Shown: positions 58,238-64,000 of the stretch, one piece after another
Layout: each line of letters starts with the position of its first letter
How positions within the stretch are numbered: position 1 is the stretch's first letter
Assembly (NCBI GenBank): GCA_002365865.1
Contig: DFAQ01000031.1
Location: forward strand, 5-64,004
Reading direction: 5' to 3'
From: Pelotomaculum sp. UBA3102
Lineage (GTDB): Bacteria; Bacillota; Desulfotomaculia; Desulfotomaculales; Pelotomaculaceae
Length of the DNA: 64,000 nt
The notes under the pieces: generated by a model
What the model was told of the DNA's origin: nothing
What the model saw: only the letters and a program-made list of their open reading frames with translations
Database searches by the model: none
Program-made: the position numbers and the translations under genes

Positions 58238-59398
58238 CTACACCTGCTTTACATAGGACAGGTATCTATCCCAGTTGTTCTTCAGCTCGACCAGGCTGTC
58301 CCCGCCGCATTTTTCCAGGCAGACCCGCGCCAGTTCCCAGGCCGTTACGGCTTCTCCGATCACACAGGCCGCCGGAACGGCACACACATCGGAACGCTCC
58401 ACCGCAGCAAAGGACGGCTCCTTGGCAACCAGGTCCACGCTCTGCAACGGGCGGCCGAGTGTAGGAATGGGTTTCATGGCCACGCGGGTCACCAGGGTCT
58501 CCCCGTTGGTCACTCCGCCTTCAATACCCCCGGCCCGGTTGGAGCAGCGGTAAAACCCCCGGCCTGGATCGTAGAAAATCTCGTCCTGTACCTGAGACCC
58601 CGGCAGCCCGGCAGCGGCAAACCCAAGGCCGATCTCAACCCCTTTTACTGCCTGAATGCTCATCAGCGCCGCGGCCAAACGGCCGTCCAACCTGCGGTCC
58701 CACTGTGCGTAACTGCCCAAACCGGCCGGTACGCCGTACACCTTGATCTCAAATACACCTCCCAGGGTGTCCCCGGCCTTCCTAGCCTTATCGATCGCTC
58801 CCATCATACGCCGCTCCGCTCCAGGATCGGCACATAAAAGCTGCGCACCAGCCAAGCTGCGCTCCGGTTCATCAGGGTCCGGATTTTCATTTTCCGTTAC
58901 CACGTCTCCGATCCGGGCTACCTGCCCGGTTATCTTTATCCCGAGCTCTTCCAGGAGTTTCCGGGCCGCACTGCCGGCCGCCACCCTGGCGGCGGTTTCG
59001 CGGGCACTGGACCGTTCCAGCACATTACGAATGTCCCGGTGCCGGTACTTGATCGCTCCCGCCAGGTCGGCGTGACCGGGACGGGGCCGCGTTACTACCC
59101 GCCGGTTCAGGTCCGCGTCCGGCCCGGGAGACATTATTTCCTTCCAGTTGTCCCAGTCTTTATTCTTTACCTGCATGGTTATCGGAGTGCCCAGGGTCAA
59201 CCCGCCGCGCACTCCTGAAAGGAAACGCACGGAGTCGCTCTCTAGCTTCATCCTGTCGCCGCGGCCGTAACCTGACTGGCGGCGGGCAAGCTGCCGGTCT
59301 ATGTATGCTTCCGTCAAAGGAAGGCCGGACGGCATACCTTCCACAATGACCGTCAGGGCGGGACCATGGGATTCCCCGGCAGTGAGGTATCTCAACAA
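58238..59398 (-). CDS. aroC: chorismate synthase
   Basis: 386 aa. [15 protein letters not shown] start and RPGHADL. Confidence 0.95.
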   Translation of the reverse strand: MLRYLTAGESHGPALTVIVEGMPSGLPLTEAYIDRQLARRQSGYGRGDRMKLESDSVRFLSGVRGGLTLGTPITMQVKNKDWDNWKEIMSPGPDADLNRRVVTRPRPGHADLAGAIKYRHRDIRNVLERSSARETAARVAAGSAARKLLEELGIKITGQVARIGDVVTENENPDPDEPERSLAGAQLLCADPGAERRMMGAIDKARKAGDTLGGVFEIKVYGVPAGLGSYAQWDRRLDGRLAAALMSIQAVKGVEIGLGFAAAGLPGSQVQDEIFYDPGRGFYRCSNRAGGIEGGVTNGETLVTRVAMKPIPTLGRPLQSVDLVAKEPSFAAVERSDVCAVPAACVIGEAVTAWELARVCLEKCGGDSLVELKNNWDRYLSYVKQV

Positions 59399-60300
59399 TT
59401 CCTTTCCCCCCGGTTATGATATTTGTTTTTCCAAAACCAAAGCGCGTTCCGCATCACTTCCAGCGGGGCGACGGTATTCGTCCACATTTCAAAAGAAAGC
59501 GCCCCCTGGTGCAAAAGCATCCCCAGGCCGTCCACAACTGTTGCCCCTGCCCGGGCGGCTTTCCTTAGAAACAACGTTTTTACCGGGTTGTATACCAGGT
59601 CACAAGCCACCTGCCCCGGTCTGAACCGGTCATAAGGAAGGGGTACCGTTGACGTGACGCCGGGATACATCCCCAGGGAGGTGGTCTGCACCACCAGGTC
59701 GGCTTCGCGCAGCACCTCGCCCGCAATAGTATCACCTTCAACCGCCGGCCAGGGAACCACTTCTGCCTTGACGCCGGTTTTTTCAGCAACGAAGCCGGCC
59801 AGCCGGGCAGCCCGTTCCGGGGTACGATTGGCCACCACCAGTTTTTTTGCCCCGGCCAGGGCCAGTTCTGCCGCCACTGCCCGGGCCGCGCCGCCCGCAC
59901 CCAGAATCAAAGCCGTTTTGCCGGAAGGCACGAACGCGGCGCCTTCTTTCAGGGAATGTAAAAAACCCTTCCCGTCCGTATTGTCCCCGTATAAGCTCCC
60001 CGAACGGTTTACTATCGTGTTCACCGCTCCGGCCAGGCGGGCCTCCCCGCTCAGTTCGTCCAGGAACGGCAGTACGGCCTGTTTGTGGGGAACAGTGACG
60101 TTCACCCCGGCAAGGCCCAGTGCCCGCACGGCAGTCACCGCCGCGGGCAGAAGCGGGGGGGACACCGGAAAGGGAACATACACAAAATCCAACCCCAACG
60201 CGGCAAACGCGGCATTATGCATGGCCGGGGAAAAAGATTGTTCCACCGGGTAGCCGATTATGCCACATACTCCGGTCCGGCCGTTAATCCCGCCTGTCAT
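59392..60300 (-). CDS. aroE: shikimate dehydrogenase
   Basis: 302 aa. [36 protein letters not shown]. Confidence 0.93.
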   Translation of the reverse strand: MTGGINGRTGVCGIIGYPVEQSFSPAMHNAAFAALGLDFVYVPFPVSPPLLPAAVTAVRALGLAGVNVTVPHKQAVLPFLDELSGEARLAGAVNTIVNRSGSLYGDNTDGKGFLHSLKEGAAFVPSGKTALILGAGGAARAVAAELALAGAKKLVVANRTPERAARLAGFVAEKTGVKAEVVPWPAVEGDTIAGEVLREADLVVQTTSLGMYPGVTSTVPLPYDRFRPGQVACDLVYNPVKTLFLRKAARAGATVVDGLGMLLHQGALSFEMWTNTVAPLEVMRNALWFWKNKYHNRGERNC

Positions 60301-60808
60301 GTGTAACCTCCGGACTCTTTTTGATTCGGGCTAGCACGATTTTTTCCAGCGGGCGGGTGATCAACCTGGTTCCCAGGAATTCCCTCCCCCTCATGGGGAC
60401 AACCAGGATGGTATACAACCCGGTCAGGTTGCCGCCCAGGATATCGGTAAAGATCTGGTCTCCCACCAGGGCCGTTTCCCCGGCAGAGGTGCCCAGCATT
60501 TTCAACGCCCGGCGAAACGACCCCATACAAGGCTTTACCGCCCGGTGCACGGCGGGCAGGGACATAGACCCTGCAATTGCCCCCACTCTTTCACGGGAGT
60601 TATTTGACACAATACCCAGCTTAAAACCCTCATTCCGAAGGCCGGAAAGCCATTCCGCCACTTCCGGTGCGAACCCGTCCGCATCCCGGCGGATAATAGT
60701 ATTATCTAAATCAAAAAGAACACCTTTTATTTTTTGCCTCTTCAATATTTCCGGCTCTATCTGTAAGATTGATGATATGTACATTTTGGGGTAAAAAATC
60801 TTTAACAA
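60284..60808 (-). CDS. yqeG: YqeG-family HAD-IIIA phosphatase
   Basis: 174 aa. GVLFDLDNTI (DxD nucleophile motif), IVSNN, GDQIFTDI. Lies upstream of aroE, as yqeG does in Bacillus. Confidence 0.85.
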   Translation of the reverse strand: MLKIFYPKMYISSILQIEPEILKRQKIKGVLFDLDNTIIRRDADGFAPEVAEWLSGLRNEGFKLGIVSNNSRERVGAIAGSMSLPAVHRAVKPCMGSFRRALKMLGTSAGETALVGDQIFTDILGGNLTGLYTILVVPMRGREFLGTRLITRPLEKIVLARIKKSPEVTHDRRD

Positions 60809-61416
60809 GTTTTACTCTCCCGGTCTTTTTTTTTTGCCATTTCCCTGGCCTTTTCCAGGTCCACGAGTGTATTGACATTGAAAAAAGTAAAATCGACATC
60901 AGCCAGCGCGCGCAACTTTTCTTCATGCACATAATTTACCCGGACAAGCGCATAAAAATCGGTGATTTTATATTTAAGAGCCGTTAAAGACCGTTCGACA
61001 GCAGGCAAACAATCCCGGTTATAAACTGCAAACAGGGGCTGCAGGTGAACTCCGTGGCGCGGTACGGCAACATCGTAGCCCTCTGCCTGTCTAACAAGAT
61101 ATTGCGCCATTGCGGCATTTATGAACGGCATATCACAGGCCGCCACCAGGCACCTCTGATACGACATGTGATGAAGGGCGGCATGAATCCCGCTTAAAGG
61201 CCCCCCTCCCTTAATCATGTCGGCGACAACTTTAAAACCCAGTTGTGCGCTGATTTCCTCCGTACCTCCGCAAATCAAAATTTCTTTGAATACCTTTCCC
61301 AATTCTCCGGCAACACGCCGGATCATTTTTTCCCGGCCAATATCTAAAAAAGCTTTGTCCCTGCCCATACGCGTGCTTTTTCCGCCCGCCAGAATCACCC
61401 CTGTAGCCTGAACCAC
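60802..61416 (-). CDS. mobA: molybdenum cofactor guanylyltransferase
   Basis: 204 aa. VILAGGKSTRMGRDKAFL N-terminal motif. Confidence 0.85.
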   Translation of the reverse strand: MVQATGVILAGGKSTRMGRDKAFLDIGREKMIRRVAGELGKVFKEILICGGTEEISAQLGFKVVADMIKGGGPLSGIHAALHHMSYQRCLVAACDMPFINAAMAQYLVRQAEGYDVAVPRHGVHLQPLFAVYNRDCLPAVERSLTALKYKITDFYALVRVNYVHEEKLRALADVDFTFFNVNTLVDLEKAREMAKKKDRESKTC

Positions 61417-61580
61417 TTACCGCAACACCTCTTTTAACTTAATGCGCCGATTTAATTATGTTTCTCCGGGCTGAAGAAAAAATCCTTTTTTAAATAATTT
61501 TTCGACCGGACGTGCACCAAAACACAACTGTTTTTCATAAAATTAATTGTACGCGAGTTTCTTTGGGGGTGATTGAATAG

Positions 61581-61958
61581 ATGCTGCCCGGCCTCTGGGC
61601 TTTAACCATCGCATCGCTTGCAAACGGCCTCCTGCTGCTTGTTTCCTATATCGCTAACAACACTTTTCCACAACCACTGTCCGAAGAGGAAGAAGCCAGA
61701 TACCTACAGCTTTTAAACCGGGGAGATGATGTGGCCCGAAACATTCTGACGGAACGTAACCTGCGCCTCGTGGCACATATTGTAAAAAAATTCGACGGCA
61801 CGGGAGAAGATGTTGACGACCTGATTTCCATAGGCACCATCGGCCTGATCAAAGCTATAAACACCTTTAACCCGAAAAAGGGCACCAGGCTGGCCACTTA
61901 TGCCGCCAGATGTATTGAAAATGACATTTCAATAACAAAGCCTAGCGTAAAATATTAG
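61581..61958 (+). CDS. sigK: 5' segment of split sigK (pro-sigma-K residues 1 to ~114, then 11 element-encoded codons and a stop)
   Basis: Pro-sequence plus regions 1.2 and 2 ([16 protein letters not shown]...[12 protein letters not shown]...[17 protein letters not shown]...[12 protein letters not shown]). Similarity to sigma-K ends after CIEN (codon ending at 61922). Regions 3 and 4 are absent from the window. Confidence 0.9.
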   Translation: MLPGLWALTIASLANGLLLLVSYIANNTFPQPLSEEEEARYLQLLNRGDDVARNILTERNLRLVAHIVKKFDGTGEDVDDLISIGTIGLIKAINTFNPKKGTRLATYAARCIENDISITKPSVKY

Positions 61959-63444
61959 AAAAAATGGAACTATCTATTTGTTCCGGAAGTTTGGCAATTA
62001 TGGTTATTTGTATATCCCTCAAACCGTTCTTACCCGGCCGGCCCCGGCCTTTTATTATTACTTGTGACACTAACACCCTCACAAGAGCTTTTTTATCGTG
62101 AAATTCCAAACTGTCTAATTTTGACAAAACCTGTTTTGAAATCAGTCTTAATTCATCCATTTCGGCCATATATCGTTGAGCTTCGTTTAAAACCGTTTCC
62201 AGTTCTTTTATTCTATTCTCCAGTCTTTCTTTCCTCCGTTTTAAATCGGCAAGCTTTTTTTTGGTATTTGTGTCTAGTTCAATCAATCCCAACGCTAAAG
62301 TGTCAATTATTGAGCTGCGTCCTTTTTCAACTCCTGTCAAATGCTCTCTGGTTCTACTTATCTCCTGTTTCAATTCTTCTTCTCTGGGTTCTTCGTTGAC
62401 AGCTTCTTTTGCAAGCTCGTCGGGATCGCTCAGCCAGACTTGTATTTGTTTCCATACAGCACTTTCGATAATTTCCGCAGGCAAAGCCTTAAAAGGTTCG
62501 CAATCTCCGTTTTTAGCGCCCTGGCTGTTTTTGTGACAGGTATACCGGCGTTCCTTTTTTCCCCACCAGTTTGTATAAACACCTGTCATGGTATTGCCGC
62601 AGTCGGAACAAGTAATTATACCCGACAACAGGTATTTTTTTTTACTTCTTCCCGCCCATAGCCGGCGGACTTCCTTTAGCTTCTGCTGCGCTTTATCCCA
62701 AGTCTCAGTATCTACTATACCAGGCACCTTAATAGATATATCTTTATACCGCCACAAACCTATATACACGGGGTTTCTCAGAATTTGTCTGACCACATTG
62801 CGGTGCCACTTTCCCTTACCTTTCCTCGTAGGCGTTCCTATTTCATTTAGCTTTCTGGCGACGCCGTTTATTCCTATATCCTTGTAGGCAAACCAGTTAA
62901 ATATATTTTTTACTATTGGGGCTTCAATATCGCTCAGAGTGACTTTCCCTAATTCAGGCGTATAATTATAGCCGTAACAGTAAAAACCTACCGGCACACC
63001 ACCCTGCCGAGCTTTTTGATCTTTACCTCTTACCATCCTGTCACGAATTTTTTCCCGTTCGTATTCTGCTATTGCTCCTCTAATACTATAGAATAACCTG
63101 CCTTCCGGCGAATCTTTCCAATCAAAGTCAAGAAAATCAATTTTGACGCCTGCTTTTTCAAATTCTTCAGTAAGTAGAAGCTGATGTGACAGTTTTCTGG
63201 ATAGCCTGTCCGGATCACGAACCACAAGCAAATCAACTTGATTATTCCTAATGCTCTCGCGCAGCAAACTTAGACCATGCCTGTCCAAAATGGTACCTGA
63301 AACACCTTCGTCAGCATACTCCTCAATTGTGGTGGCACCAAGAGAGGTGGCCCTGCCGCGACATGCCTCCCTCTGCTCTGCGAGAGAAAAACCATGCCGC
63401 ACCTGGTCATCTGTGCTCACTCTGATGTATATCGCTGCTTGCAT
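61942..63444 (-). CDS. spoIVCA: large serine recombinase (SpoIVCA-type)
   Basis: 500 aa. Resolvase catalytic N-terminus [12 protein letters not shown], recombinase domain, zinc-ribbon (CSDCGN...YTCHKN), C-terminal coiled coil. Convergent with and abutting the sigK 5' segment. Confidence 0.9.
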   Translation of the reverse strand: MQAAIYIRVSTDDQVRHGFSLAEQREACRGRATSLGATTIEEYADEGVSGTILDRHGLSLLRESIRNNQVDLLVVRDPDRLSRKLSHQLLLTEEFEKAGVKIDFLDFDWKDSPEGRLFYSIRGAIAEYEREKIRDRMVRGKDQKARQGGVPVGFYCYGYNYTPELGKVTLSDIEAPIVKNIFNWFAYKDIGINGVARKLNEIGTPTRKGKGKWHRNVVRQILRNPVYIGLWRYKDISIKVPGIVDTETWDKAQQKLKEVRRLWAGRSKKKYLLSGIITCSDCGNTMTGVYTNWWGKKERRYTCHKNSQGAKNGDCEPFKALPAEIIESAVWKQIQVWLSDPDELAKEAVNEEPREEELKQEISRTREHLTGVEKGRSSIIDTLALGLIELDTNTKKKLADLKRRKERLENRIKELETVLNEAQRYMAEMDELRLISKQVLSKLDSLEFHDKKALVRVLVSQVIIKGRGRPGKNGLRDIQITIIAKLPEQIDSSIFSNILR

Positions 63445-63623
63445 TTCTTTGCCTCCAACACTTTTTTGACAAGCAGGCGGTATGCTTCTTTTAAGCCGCT
63501 GCCTTCTTTAGAATACACTATTTTTACTACAGGACGATCACTTTTTTTCTTTGCATATGTTCCGTTCAATCGACATCAACTCCTTAAAAAAGTATACTCG
63601 GTAGCAGGTTTGTCTTATTGCTT

Positions 63624-63663
63624 TTTAAAAAAGAAAAAGCCATGGGTATATTAACCATGGCTA
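63624..63663 (-). terminator. intrinsic terminator upstream of the recombinase gene
   Basis: 8-bp stem agccatgg/ccatggct (63638-63645 / 63655-63662), 9-nt loop, followed on the minus strand by uuuucuuuuuu. Confidence 0.6.
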
Positions 63664-63675
63664 AACCTGTTGCAC

Positions 63676-63709
63676 CTTAAAAGCCCTTTTATCTTAAAAG
63701 CCCTTTTAT
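63676..63709. repeat. perfect 17-bp tandem direct repeat (x2)
   Basis: cttaaaagcccttttat occurs at 63676-63692 and again at 63693-63709. It lies between the two minus-strand terminators. Confidence 0.9.
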
Positions 63710-63721
63710 ATAGATACAAAT

Positions 63722-63764
63722 CCAGAAAAAAAGAGGCGCTGCATATAATAGCCAGCGCCTCTTG
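63722..63764 (-). terminator. strong intrinsic terminator inside the sigK element
   Basis: 11-bp perfect stem aagaggcgctg/cagcgcctctt (63731-63741 / 63753-63763), followed on the minus strand by a U run (63724-63730). Confidence 0.75.
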
Positions 63765-64000
63765 CACGAATTATCATTCTATTTTTATTAGATATTCCTG
63801 AACCTCTCCACGACTAAAGTCGCGGGATTCTGAAAACCCGGAAAATAGTGTTTCATTGATTCCTGCTTCATTTGGATCGCTTTTTCTTAGCTCCTGTCCC
63901 TCCCCTGGAGCACCACGAGTCAGTCTTCGTAGATGCTACCCCTTCCGTAACTATAACACCATCCGAATACGGAGGCGCGTTCAGAGCCGTTGCCCTTTCG

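Larger units (their letters stand above)
61923..64000. mobile_element. sigK intervening (skin-like) element, left end; continues beyond the window
   Basis: The sigK frame is interrupted at about 61923. A large serine recombinase gene lies immediately inside the break. The sigK 3' segment does not appear before position 64000. Confidence 0.75.

Noticed and set aside
61540-61560. CATAAAATTA upstream of the sigK 5' segment, considered as a sigma-E/sigma-K type -10 element (CATA---TA).
   Set aside because: The spacing is off by one and I see no convincing -35 element. It is too weak to call without transcript mapping.
63676-63709. The 17-bp perfect tandem repeat, considered as a CRISPR-like array.
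   Set aside because: There are only two units, they are directly abutting with no spacer, and the unit is too short. No cas genes are present.
63800-63830. The hairpin GAAUCCCGCGAC-UUUA-GUCGUGGAGAGGUUC, considered as a group II intron domain V.
   Set aside because: It lacks the AGC/CGC catalytic triad at the base and would have a 3-nt rather than a 2-nt bulge. No convincing domain VI or intron-encoded protein is visible in the window.

Overview
This 64-kb window looks like the conserved sporulation and housekeeping backbone of an anaerobic, spore-forming Firmicute; the Clostridia/Peptococcaceae-like assignment is inferred from gene content only. Almost every gene is on the minus strand. Read in minus-strand transcription order (high to low coordinates):
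- **61581-64000:** sigK (on the plus strand) is split by an intervening element that carries a large serine recombinase and runs off the window.
- **56639-61416:** mobA, yqeG, aroE, aroC, aroK, aroB.
- **36149-56458:** a c-di-GMP-I riboswitch followed by two tandem type IV pilus clusters of about 10 kb each. Cluster 2 is pilD, pilA2, pilB2, pilC2, minor pilins, pilM2N2O2. Cluster 1 is pilB1, pilT, pilC1, pilA1, minor pilins, pilM1N1O1.
- **27939-36118:** a GAF/HD-GYP phosphodiesterase, tldD, a small ORF, pmbA, aroQ, pepP, efp.
- **10403-27762:** spoIIIAA-AH, a two-subunit pyruvate carboxylase, asp23-amaP-DUF2273, nusB, nfnAB, xseA, folD, fchA-like, xseB, ispA.
- **8997-10268:** a ~600-nt OLE-class structured RNA and an OapA-like membrane protein.
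- **142-8993:** dxs, tlyA, nadK, a methyltransferase, argR, recN, spoIVB, spo0A.

The best candidates for follow-up are:
1. The riboswitch-gated double pilus locus, which has two unusual predicted tip proteins.
2. The OLE RNA, whose 3' closing strand can alternatively pair next to the oapA ribosome-binding site.
3. The sigK attachment-site dyad and the terminator-insulated recombinase.
4. A 183-bp nested palindromic repeat element next to nusB.
5. A stand-alone YabG-N-like ORF between tldD and pmbA.

I saw no rRNA, tRNA or CRISPR array by eye. All calls rest on reading the translations and the DNA; no searches or folding computations were run.
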